The notes under the pieces are model-generated. The model saw nothing but the letters and a program-made list of their open reading frames with translations, was not told the origin of the DNA and made no database searches. Shown here piece after piece: positions 18,139-26,639 of a DNA stretch of 64,000 nt. Both the position numbers and the translations under genes were made by a program. The first letter of the stretch is position 1; every line of letters starts with the position of its first letter. This stretch comes from Myxococcales bacterium (GTDB lineage: Bacteria; Myxococcota; UBA727; VGSZ01), in assembly GCA_023248635.1 (NCBI GenBank), contig JAHFED010000010.1, positions 13,275 through 77,274 on the forward strand. Direction: 5' to 3'.

Positions 18139-18678
18139 TCAGTCCTTCTGGTTGACGGCGACCGGCGCCGGCGACGTCGCGCGCTTGCGCAGCACTGCGA
18201 GATTCTCCTCGAGCTTGCGGCCCGGCTCTTCGGATTCGGCCACCGCCAGCAGGGCCCGGTGTTGGTCGACGGTGCTCTTGAGCTGCGACAGGAATTGGGC
18301 CCGCTGGCGCTTGAGCTCGCCGATGTCGCGCAGCAGCTCGGTCAGGCGCTCCTGGGCATGATCGAGAATGCGATCGGCCTCGAGCTCGGCACGGCCCAAG
18401 ATGACGTCGGCCTCCTTGTCGGCGGCACGCTTGATCTCTTCGGTCACGCGCTGGGCCGTGATCATGGTCTCTTTCAGAGCTTCTTCGCGGGCGCGGTAAT
18501 CCTCGAGGAGACGCTTGACCACGCGCTGGTCGTCTTTGAGCTCGACGTTTTCGCGAATGACCTTTTCGAACTCCCCGGCCACGAGGTTCAAGAAGGCATC
18601 GACCTCGGTCTTGTCGAGGCCGCCGCCGAAGCGGCTGCGAAAACGTTGCTGCTGGATGTCGAGGGGCGTGAGGGCCAT
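18139..18678 (-). CDS. DivIVA-domain protein.
   Basis: N-terminus MALTPLDIQQQRFRSRFGGGLDKTEVDAFL is the DivIVA signature, followed by coiled-coil-prone sequence. Start taken at the internal ATG (18678), not the ORF-track 18714. Confidence 0.8.
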   Translation of the reverse strand: MALTPLDIQQQRFRSRFGGGLDKTEVDAFLNLVAGEFEKVIRENVELKDDQRVVKRLLEDYRAREEALKETMITAQRVTEEIKRAADKEADVILGRAELEADRILDHAQERLTELLRDIGELKRQRAQFLSQLKSTVDQHRALLAVAESEEPGRKLEENLAVLRKRATSPAPVAVNQKD

Positions 18679-18735
18679 GGCAGAACCATACGGAGCCAGG
18701 TGGCTCCACAACAATTTTTCGACATCGAGCCATGC

Positions 18736-20238
18736 TCAATGCCGCGGCACGTCAAGGGTGTCGGAATCCCAGCGTGCTGGCGACAGCTGCGCGCCGAGCG
18801 CCTCCGGGCTCGACAAGACGGCGAGCACGGCCTCGCCCATCTCTTTGGCGCTGGGGTAGCGGTCGGCGGGGTGTTTGCGCAGACAGCGCAGCACGACCTC
18901 GTCGACGCCAGGTGGTAGGCCGGCGACGAAAAACGACGGCGCGGGAGCCGCCTTTTGCGCGTGGGCGAGCAGCATCGCGGTGAGGGAGTCCTCCAAGAAG
19001 GGCGGGCGCCCGGTCAGGCAGGCAAAGAGCACAGCCCCGAGGGCGTAGACGTCGGTGCGGGCGTCGACGTTTTCCCCCAGGGCTTGCTCCGGCGCCAGGA
19101 ACACCGGGGTGCCCAACACCGAGCCCGTCATCGTCAGCGTCGGCGCCGGCCCCAGGCCCTGCTGTTTGGCGATGCCGAAGTCGATGAGCTTGGCCTGCAC
19201 GCCGCCTTCGGGCCGGGCCACGAGCACGATGTTCTCGGGCTTGATGTCGCGGTGGATGATGCCGTGGGCGTGCACCTCATGCAGAGCGCCGGCGACCTGC
19301 GAGATGACGTCGCCAATCTCCAGAAGCGACAAACCACCCTCGGCCATGCGATCCTTGAGAGATCGACCCTGCAGGAGTTCCATGGTGTAGAAAATAAGAC
19401 CCTCATCGGTCATACCACAGTCGAAAATTTTGACGACGCCGGGATGGGTAATCGCAGTCAGCACCTCGATCTCGCGTTCGAAGCGCTGCAGCTCGGTCGG
19501 TCCGTTGTGGGTGGTGAGCTTCATCGCGACTTCGGTTTTCAACGTCGGGTGGAAGGCCTTCCACACCTCGCCCATCCCGCCCTGGCCAATCTTTTCGATC
19601 AGCCGATACCGCCCGATCAATTGGTTCTGGTGCACCTGGCGCCGCAGATTCCAGGTGGTGTCGCCGGCGATGAGCACCACGACCCAAGCAGCAAAATAGG
19701 CGACGACGTAGGAGACCGATTCTGCTCTCAAGAGCGGGTCGTCAAAGTCGGTGCGCAGCTCCGGCCGCACGACGTAGGACACCACCAGGAAGAGGGGAGG
19801 GAGCACCAGGGTCGGCGCTGTCCGCCAAAGGCCGCGCTGCCAGGGGCTGGGCAGCAGCAAGCCCTGAACGACCAAGACCAGGAAGGTCGAGGTGAAGGTC
19901 GGCGTGCGAAAGCCCTGGGCGATCAGTGCGTCCAAACCAAGCAGGCCACTGCCGCAGGAGAAGGCGATGATCTCCATGGCGGTGACGGCGCCGGGGGACA
20001 CTCCTTTTTTCAGCGCCGCCAAGAAAGCGAGCAAGAGCAGCGGCAGCGCCGCCCGCACCCCGAGCAACGCCGGCAACGACGCGCCTTGTTGGGCAGCCAC
20101 GAGGTCTACCGGCGTGAACAGGGGCCACAGGACGAGGCCGACGAAGAAACAACGCCGCAGACGAATGACGTTTTCCCGCTGGCCGCTCATCGTTGCGCCG
20201 TGAGAAAGCGAGCCCAGGATTTCGCCGCCGTGCATCAC
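18736..20238 (-). CDS. Ser/Thr protein kinase with a polytopic N-terminal membrane domain.
   Basis: About 230 N-terminal residues hold about 6 hydrophobic segments. A Hanks kinase follows (GQGGMGEVWKA, HRDIKPENIV, DFGIAK, GTPVFLAPE). Confidence 0.85.
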   Translation of the reverse strand: MMHGGEILGSLSHGATMSGQRENVIRLRRCFFVGLVLWPLFTPVDLVAAQQGASLPALLGVRAALPLLLLAFLAALKKGVSPGAVTAMEIIAFSCGSGLLGLDALIAQGFRTPTFTSTFLVLVVQGLLLPSPWQRGLWRTAPTLVLPPLFLVVSYVVRPELRTDFDDPLLRAESVSYVVAYFAAWVVVLIAGDTTWNLRRQVHQNQLIGRYRLIEKIGQGGMGEVWKAFHPTLKTEVAMKLTTHNGPTELQRFEREIEVLTAITHPGVVKIFDCGMTDEGLIFYTMELLQGRSLKDRMAEGGLSLLEIGDVISQVAGALHEVHAHGIIHRDIKPENIVLVARPEGGVQAKLIDFGIAKQQGLGPAPTLTMTGSVLGTPVFLAPEQALGENVDARTDVYALGAVLFACLTGRPPFLEDSLTAMLLAHAQKAAPAPSFFVAGLPPGVDEVVLRCLRKHPADRYPSAKEMGEAVLAVLSSPEALGAQLSPARWDSDTLDVPRH

Positions 20239-20355
20239 GCCGCAGAGTACCGGGAAGGCGCTTGGGCCGCGCGATCCCAGCTGCGCGCGCGGGCCGCCGC
20301 CTCAGGGGCCTGCTTTGGCCGTGACGACGTCAACGCGGTGCGCTAGCAGGGGCCC

Positions 20356-21519
20356 ATGTTCAAGCTCAGCGAGACCCACGACGAAATCCGCAAGACCGCC
20401 CGCAAGCTCGCCGATGACCTGCTCGCTCCCCTGGCCGCGCACCACGACCGCGAGCACCTCTATCCGGCGGAGCAGGTCAAAGCGTTGGCCAAGCTGGGCT
20501 TCATGGGCATCGCCGTCAAAGAAGACGAGGGCGGCGCCGGCGTCGACAACCTGGCCTACGCGATCGCCATGGAAGAGGTTTCGCGGGGTTGTGCGTCGAC
20601 GGGTGTGGTCATGAGCGTCAACAATTCGCTCTATTGCGATCCCGTCGCCAAATTCGCCACGGCGGAGCAGAAAAAGACGTGGCTCGCCCCCTTTGCCAGC
20701 GGCGCGCGCTTGGGTTGCTTTGCCCTCTCTGAGCCCGGCAACGGTTCCGACGCCGGCGCCGCCAGCTGCACCGCTTCCGTCGTCGACGACCCCAAGTTGG
20801 GCTCGTGCTGGGAGCTCAACGGCACCAAGGCATGGATCACCAACGGCTGCGAAGCAAACGCGGCTCTCGTCTTTGCGTCGACGGACAAGGCGGCGAAGCA
20901 CAAGGGCATCTCGGCCTTCCTCGTGGCCATGCCCACGCCGGGGCTCTCGCTGGGCAAGAAAGAAGACAAGCTCGGCATTCGGGCGTCGTCGACGTGCAAC
21001 CTGATCTTCGAGGGCTGTCGCATCCCCAAGGGCAACCTCTTGGGCGAGGCCGGCGCTGGTTTCAAGATCGCGATGGGGACTCTCGACGGCGGCCGCATCG
21101 GGATCGCGGCCCAGGCCTTGGGCATCGCGCAGGCCGCTCTCGAGGCGTCGGTGGCCTACAGCAAAGAGCGTCTCGCCTTCGGGGCGCCCATCGAGAAGCT
21201 CCAGGCCATCCAGTTCAAGATCGCAGACATGGCCCTGAGGTTGGAATCCGCGCGCTTGCTCACCTGGCGTGCTGCGACCCTCAAAGATGCGGGCGTCAAA
21301 TACACGAAAGAAGCCGCAATGGCGAAACTGGCGGCGTCGGAGACGGCGACGTTCGTGGCCCATCAAGCCATCCAGATTTTCGGCGGCAATGGCTATGTGA
21401 CTGAGTATCCAGTGGAACGCCACTATCGCGACGCCCGCATCACTGAGATCTACGAAGGAACCAGCGAGATCCAGCGGCTCGTCATCGGCACCAACGTCCT
21501 CAAGGAAATCGGTGGCTGA
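20356..21519 (+). CDS. Acyl-CoA dehydrogenase (short/branched-chain type).
   Basis: 387 aa with an ACAD N-terminal/middle/C-terminal signature, including the catalytic-base region [21 protein letters not shown]. Confidence 0.9.
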   Translation: MFKLSETHDEIRKTARKLADDLLAPLAAHHDREHLYPAEQVKALAKLGFMGIAVKEDEGGAGVDNLAYAIAMEEVSRGCASTGVVMSVNNSLYCDPVAKFATAEQKKTWLAPFASGARLGCFALSEPGNGSDAGAASCTASVVDDPKLGSCWELNGTKAWITNGCEANAALVFASTDKAAKHKGISAFLVAMPTPGLSLGKKEDKLGIRASSTCNLIFEGCRIPKGNLLGEAGAGFKIAMGTLDGGRIGIAAQALGIAQAALEASVAYSKERLAFGAPIEKLQAIQFKIADMALRLESARLLTWRAATLKDAGVKYTKEAAMAKLAASETATFVAHQAIQIFGGNGYVTEYPVERHYRDARITEIYEGTSEIQRLVIGTNVLKEIGG

Positions 21520-21549
21520 AATTCCGCTCGGCGACGTGCGGCGCGTCGA

Positions 21550-21738
21550 TCAGCGACCCATCCGGAAACGGAGCAGGGCGCCGCGGTTCTGTTGCCGCGC
21601 TTGTTCGGTCGGCGCGACTGCGTCGACGGCGACGTCGAGCATCTCTAGCGCGGCCTCCTGACGGGCGGCCTGCAACGTGGCCCTCACGGCATCCCGGCGC
21701 GCCTTCAGAGCTGCAAAGGGAAGTCCGGCAGCCGTCAT
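21550..21738 (-). CDS. Small hypothetical protein (62 aa), translationally coupled by an ATGA overlap to the upstream ORF.
   Basis: ATG overlaps the stop of 21735..22175 (ATATGA). Acceptable GC3 bias. No recognisable family. Confidence 0.35.
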   Translation of the reverse strand: MTAAGLPFAALKARRDAVRATLQAARQEAALEMLDVAVDAVAPTEQARQQNRGALLRFRMGR

Positions 21739-22175
21739 ATGAGGCCTCGATCGACGCCGCTGCTGAGCCGACGGATGTCTGCAGGGCTGAGGCCCGGTTG
21801 GATGGACGCCGTGGCCTGTTGATTCTCTGCGACGACCAAGATCTGCATGATTCCCCCGTAGCAGCTTGGCCTTTTTCGGATTTCGGCCCAGCCGGCGTTC
21901 GCGGGGTCGTCGGGATGCTGGATTTGATCGACGACGGCTTGGAGGACGGCATCATTGTTGGTCCAAGGCGCTTTCGTCGCTGGATCGCGGTCGTACTCCT
22001 GCACCAGGGGCTCGCCCCGTTCCGCCAGCTGCGCGAGCGCCTCCTGGATTTTTGCCACGCTGGCCGCCGCTGCGGCCTGCACCTTCGGGTTCCGCATCCC
22101 ATCGAGCAGCACCTGATCCTTGGTTTGCTGCACACCGTTGCGCCTGGCGATCAACTTCCCGAACTGAATGGACAC
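21735..22175 (-). CDS. Hypothetical protein (146 aa, GTG start).
   Basis: Balanced protein-like composition (MSIQFGKLIARRNGVQQTKDQVLLDGMRNPKVQ...). Its codon bias is somewhat weaker than neighbouring genes. The opposite-strand ORF 21798..22319 looks like a shadow ORF. Confidence 0.45.
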   Translation of the reverse strand: MSIQFGKLIARRNGVQQTKDQVLLDGMRNPKVQAAAAASVAKIQEALAQLAERGEPLVQEYDRDPATKAPWTNNDAVLQAVVDQIQHPDDPANAGWAEIRKRPSCYGGIMQILVVAENQQATASIQPGLSPADIRRLSSGVDRGLI

Positions 22176-22293
22176 AGGGGGCCCCCTCGTCCCGCGATTC
22201 TGGGGACGAAGAGGCTAATGCACGCTCGACGCCAAGAGTGCTCCGGCAGTCGAAGGCCACGCGGCGGCGGTGATGCCTGCGGATGCGCAACCG

Positions 22294-22314
22294 TTGCGCA
22301 TGCTGCTCGCGCGG
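22294..22314. promoter_or_regulatory. Perfect 9-bp inverted repeat ATGCGCAAC-cg-GTTGCGCAT in the ~300-bp leader upstream of the NRPS gene; candidate operator for a dimeric regulator.
   Basis: gatgcgcaaccgttgcgcatgc is a seen palindrome. It lies within the region between 22176 and the likely NRPS start at 22474. Confidence 0.35.
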
Positions 22315-22473
22315 ATTGAGAAAGCGGGCGCTGCGGTGCACAGGGCGATGGCGACGGGCTCAAGGCGAGCGACACGTTGGGCGGGCCCCGTCCGCTTCAG
22401 CAGGGCCCCGCTCAGCGCACAGCGCTTCCGGCTTTGCGCCGTACCAGCGACGCGATGTGATAGCCAAGGCTGG

Positions 22474-25400
22474 ATGTCGTCGTCGTCGGTGCCGCCAAAG
22501 TCCTTTCCGCTCACTTCCGTCGAGCGGCGCTTTTGGATGCTCCACAACCTCCATCCCCATTCCCCCGTGGCCAACATCGGGCGTGTGGTCGAGCTGCGGG
22601 GCGAGCTCTATGTCGACGACCTCGCGCGGGCTTTTGCCATCGTTGCCCAAAACCCGGTGCTCCGAATGAGGGTGCGCGAGGAGCGCGGGGAACCACGGGG
22701 CGTGCTCGGCGATCCCCCCCGCCTGACCATCGACGCCGACGTCGCCGACGCCGACGCCGTCGCCCGCGCTGCCGACGAAATCGTCAAGGCTCCCTACGAT
22801 CTGGCGCGCGGGCCGTTGTGTCGCGCGCGCCTGCTGCGCACCGCCGACGACGAGCTCCATGTGTTGGTGCTCGGCGCCCACCATTTGATCCTCGATGGCT
22901 GGGGGCTGTCGCGCTCGCTGCCGCGGGCCATCGCGCGGGCCATGCGCGGCGAGAACATGAGCTTCGGCGACGAAGATGCTCTCGACGACGACACCTGGAT
23001 CGAGGCCCGCTTCGAGCGCGCGCCCGACGACCCCCCGGCAGACGCCCGCGCCATCGACGCCGCCTGGTGGAGCTCGGCACTGAAAGATGCCCAGCCCCTC
23101 ACCTTGCCTCTGGTGCGCCCGCCTCCGCCCCGGTCCACCGGCCGCGCCTGGGACGTCGAGGTCGCGGTTCCGCCGGGGATCTATGCCAAGGCCAAGGCGC
23201 TGGCGACGTCGATCGGTGCTCGCACCGTGCACGTGTTTCTGGCGGCCTTCGTCACCGAGCTCTCGCGCGCCGGTCGCATCCACGACGTGCTCTTGGGGAC
23301 CACGAGCGCGGCGCGGCCGGGCAGCGACCCCGACAACCACGAGATGGGCTGCTTCGTTCGCACCAAGGCCCTGCGCGTCGCCTTCGACGATCACGCGCCT
23401 TTCGTCGACGTCGTGCGGGCCTGCCAGACCGCCGTGCGCCAAAGCCTGGATCACCCCGCGTTCGACGCCGAAGAGCTGCAGCAGATCCAGGCGCCCGCCA
23501 TCGGCGCCCTGTTCAACTTCATCCCCTTCTCGGCCTTCGACGGCGTGTTGCCCGATCTCACGGTCAAGGCGGGGCGCATCATCGCCGGGGGCACCGCGTT
23601 TCCGATCTCCATGACCGTCGACGCCCACGGCGACCCCCGCCTCGTCGTCGAAGTCGACGCCGACCTCTTCGACGAGGGCTTCGCGCTGCGTTTTGCCGAG
23701 CGCATCAACGCCGTGCTGGCCGCGGGGGTCGCAAACCCGGCCCTGCCCTTCACGCGCCTGAGCCGACTCGGCCCCGTCGACGACGACGCGTGCGCCCAGA
23801 ACGCTCCCACCGCCCCTGAGATTGCCCCCGTGGTCGGTGGTGAGGTCACCGCCCTGCTCGAGCGTGATCTCGCCGGTGCTGAGCCGGCGCTGGTGCTCGT
23901 GCGGGATCCCCTCGATCCCGCCAGCGACGTCGCCGTCTCGCGGAAGGCACTGCTCGAGCGGGCCCAGGCCATCGCGGCGTCACTCGTCAAAGACCACGTC
24001 GACGGCGACGACGTTGCTTTCGTGGGGGTGCAGTGCCTCGATCCCCTGCGCACCGTCGAAGCGATCTTGGGCGTGCTCTTCGCCGGCTTTGCCTATGTCC
24101 CCATCGATCCGCGCGCGCCCCCCCTGCGTGCCGCCGCCATCGTCGAACAAGCGAAGGTGAGCACCGTCCTCGACGACGAAGCCGCCACGATCCGCGCCGC
24201 CATCCCCATCACGGCGGGTCGCAAGAGGCGGACGCCGCGGCCCTCCGATCCCGCCTATGCCATCTTCACCTCAGGCAGCACCGGCGCTCCCAAGGGCGTC
24301 GTCATCTCTCACGGCGCCCTGGTGTCGCAGCTGCAGGCCCGCGAGGGCCTCGGCTTTCCCCACGTCAAACGCTCCTGCTTGCTCGCTCCCTTCTTCTTCG
24401 ATGGCTCCATCGAGACGCTGTTTTGGACCCTGACCACCGGCGGCACCCTGCACCTGCTGGGAGAAGACGCGCGCCGCGATCCCCTCGCCATCCGGCGCAC
24501 CCTGGCCCGACGCCGCATCACCTACACCTCGGCGGTGCCCGCGCTGTGGGGCGCGATGTTGGATGCAGCGACGTCGACGGAGGAGTCCCTCGATGCCCTG
24601 GGCTTCGTCATCGTCGGCGGCGAAAAGCTCACGCCCCAGCTCATCGAAAAGCACAACACGCACACCTCGGCGCGGCTGGTGAACGAATACGGACCAACCG
24701 AAACGACGGTGTTTTCCACGGCGTGGACCGCGCCTTCGCCGGGCGAGCCCACACCCGAGCGCGTGCCCATCGGCCGCTCGGCCCCCCATGTGCGCTGCGC
24801 CGTCGTCGACGACAACCTGGAGCCCGTGCCCTGTCTCGAGGCCGGCGAGCTCGTCGTCAGCGGTGCGGGCTTGGCCGATGGGTACTTGAATGCGCCGGAG
24901 CAGACCGCGGCCGCCTTCGTCGTCCACCAAGGCGTGCGTCTGTACAAGACGGGCGATCTGGTGCGCCTGTGGCCTGACGGCGACCTCGAGTGGCTGGCGC
25001 GCAAAGACGAGCAGGTGAAGCTGCGCGGCGTTCGCGTCGAGCCAGGCGAAGTCGAAGCCGCCCTGCTGGCCGAGGGCTGCGACGAAGCCGCCGTCCTCGT
25101 CGACGGACAACATTTGTTGGCCTGGGTCTCACCAGCCTCCTGCGACGAAGCAGAGCTGATTGCGGCCCTCTTGCGGCGGCTGCCCGAGGCCATGGTCCCC
25201 GCGCGCATCATGGCCCTGGCGGTGTTGCCAAAGACCGCCAACGACAAAATCGACAAGCGCAACCTGCCAAAGATCGCCGTCGACGACGTCGTCACGCCCG
25301 CTGCCACCGCTCTCGAGCGCGCCATCGCTGCCATCTGGGAAGACGTGCTCGATCAAAGCCCGATCTCGGTGACCAAGAGCTTCTTTGCCTACGGTGGACA

Positions 25401-26370
25401 CTCCCTGAAGGCAGCCATCGTGGTGCGTCGTCTGAGCGATCACCTCGGCAAAGAGGTGCCGCTCTCGGCCCTGATGTTTGCCCGCACCGTGCGGGAGCTG
25501 GCCCGCAGCCTCGAGCAGCAGGCCCACAGCGGGTCGTCGTCGGCGTCGTCGCTGCTGCTCCCGTTGAGCGCTCGGGCCCAGAGCGCTCCTCGGGTGGTGT
25601 TCCTGCCGGGCATTGGGGGCCACGTCTTCACCTTCGCCGGCATCGCCGATCGCATGACCAACGTCGCCGCTGGCCTGCGCTCTTACGGGAGCGAGCCGGG
25701 GGAGGAGCCCCTGGCCTCGGTCGAAGAGCTGGCCAGCAAGAACCTCGATGAGCTCGACAAGGCTGGGGTCGCCGACGACGTCGTCTTCGCCGGCTACTCT
25801 TTCGGCGGCCTGGTCGCCTACGAGATGGCGTTGCAGCGGACTGCGCTGGGACGTCCTCCTCGTCATCTGGTCATTTTCGACACCTTGGCGCCGGGCTATC
25901 CAAAGAAGCTGCCCTTCTTCCAACGCGCCCGCCTGCACGCCGAGAGCTTGGTGCGCGCGGATTGGGAAGGACGGCGGGCCTACCTTCAGGGCCGCGTCGA
26001 CAGCGTGAAAGAGAAGCTCAACTTCAAGCTGCAGCGCGCCGAGGCCTTCAAGGACGCCTTCGCCCTCGATGACGAAGAGCTGCGGGCGCTAGGCCCTGTG
26101 CAGCGCGCCCAGCTCGAGAAGCTGGCGGGTACCTCGACCTTGGCCCACCACCGCTACTGGCCGCGGGCGTCGACGTCGGTGCCCATGACCCTTTTTGCGG
26201 CAGAGTCGGGTTTTGACTGGGCAGCCACCGTCATGGACGATCCCCTGCTCGGGTGGAGCGCCTGGGGCACGGGGTCGCTGCGGCGCGTGGTGCTCAAAGG
26301 CGACCACCTGCGCCTCTTCGTCGACGAGAACCTGCTCACGGCCGCACGCGGACTCGACGCCATCGCCTGA
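22474..26370 (+). CDS. Non-ribosomal peptide synthetase, single module C-A-T-TE.
   Basis: Condensation-domain motif HHLILDGWG. Adenylation cores A3 (AIFTSGSTGAPKGV), A7 (YKTGDL), A8 (ARKDEQVKLRGVRVEPGEVE) and A10 (KTANDKIDKR). PCP motif FFAYGGHSLKA. Thioesterase motif GYSFGG. The start is set where the C domain begins (MSSSSVPPKSFPLTSVERRFWML); the upstream in-frame ATG at 22270 is possible. Confidence 0.9.
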   Translation: MSSSSVPPKSFPLTSVERRFWMLHNLHPHSPVANIGRVVELRGELYVDDLARAFAIVAQNPVLRMRVREERGEPRGVLGDPPRLTIDADVADADAVARAADEIVKAPYDLARGPLCRARLLRTADDELHVLVLGAHHLILDGWGLSRSLPRAIARAMRGENMSFGDEDALDDDTWIEARFERAPDDPPADARAIDAAWWSSALKDAQPLTLPLVRPPPPRSTGRAWDVEVAVPPGIYAKAKALATSIGARTVHVFLAAFVTELSRAGRIHDVLLGTTSAARPGSDPDNHEMGCFVRTKALRVAFDDHAPFVDVVRACQTAVRQSLDHPAFDAEELQQIQAPAIGALFNFIPFSAFDGVLPDLTVKAGRIIAGGTAFPISMTVDAHGDPRLVVEVDADLFDEGFALRFAERINAVLAAGVANPALPFTRLSRLGPVDDDACAQNAPTAPEIAPVVGGEVTALLERDLAGAEPALVLVRDPLDPASDVAVSRKALLERAQAIAASLVKDHVDGDDVAFVGVQCLDPLRTVEAILGVLFAGFAYVPIDPRAPPLRAAAIVEQAKVSTVLDDEAATIRAAIPITAGRKRRTPRPSDPAYAIFTSGSTGAPKGVVISHGALVSQLQAREGLGFPHVKRSCLLAPFFFDGSIETLFWTLTTGGTLHLLGEDARRDPLAIRRTLARRRITYTSAVPALWGAMLDAATSTEESLDALGFVIVGGEKLTPQLIEKHNTHTSARLVNEYGPTETTVFSTAWTAPSPGEPTPERVPIGRSAPHVRCAVVDDNLEPVPCLEAGELVVSGAGLADGYLNAPEQTAAAFVVHQGVRLYKTGDLVRLWPDGDLEWLARKDEQVKLRGVRVEPGEVEAALLAEGCDEAAVLVDGQHLLAWVSPASCDEAELIAALLRRLPEAMVPARIMALAVLPKTANDKIDKRNLPKIAVDDVVTPAATALERAIAAIWEDVLDQSPISVTKSFFAYGGHSLKAAIVVRRLSDHLGKEVPLSALMFARTVRELARSLEQQAHSGSSSASSLLLPLSARAQSAPRVVFLPGIGGHVFTFAGIADRMTNVAAGLRSYGSEPGEEPLASVEELASKNLDELDKAGVADDVVFAGYSFGGLVAYEMALQRTALGRPPRHLVIFDTLAPGYPKKLPFFQRARLHAESLVRADWEGRRAYLQGRVDSVKEKLNFKLQRAEAFKDAFALDDEELRALGPVQRAQLEKLAGTSTLAHHRYWPRASTSVPMTLFAAESGFDWAATVMDDPLLGWSAWGTGSLRRVVLKGDHLRLFVDENLLTAARGLDAIA

Positions 26371-26389
26371 GGGCATTGGGTGCGGCGCG

Positions 26390-26628
26390 CTACTCGCCCT
26401 CGCCTTCGCCCTCGGCGGCGTCACAGGCGGCGTTGGCGTCGCCTTCGCAGGCTTCGTGCTCGGCCTCGCCCTCTGGGAAGTCCTCGCACTCGTCGCGGAT
26501 CTTCGCCACGCAGGTGGTGCGCGCGTCGCCCTCGCAGCCGGCGCAGTTCACGTTTCTTCTTCGACCGGCGCCGCAGGGCAGGCCGCCAGCACGAGGAGAC
26601 CGAACAGGGCCAGCACGCCGCGCACCAT
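26390..26628 (-). pseudogene. Small Cys-rich acidic lipoprotein gene with an apparent +1 frameshift between the signal peptide and the mature part (or a sequencing error in a gaagaagaaa run).
   Basis: ATG 26628 gives MVRGVLALFGLLVLAAC|PAAPVEEET* (lipobox LAAC, stop after 26 codons). The adjacent frame continues RRNVNCAGCEGDARTTCVAKIRDECEDFPEGEAEHEACEGDANAACDAAEGEGEGE* with excellent GC3 bias; it has 8 Cys in 55 aa. It sits 11 bp downstream of the kinase-FGE gene stop. Confidence 0.4.
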
Positions 26629-26639
26629 GAGCAACTCGA

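Noticed and set aside
22270-22473. An N-terminal 68-codon extension of the NRPS (ORF-track start at 22270).
   Set aside because: The C domain's first conserved motif (PLTSVERRFWML) begins right after the ATG at 22474. The upstream stretch is R-rich and non-domain-like and contains the palindromic candidate operator. It is retained only as an alternative start.
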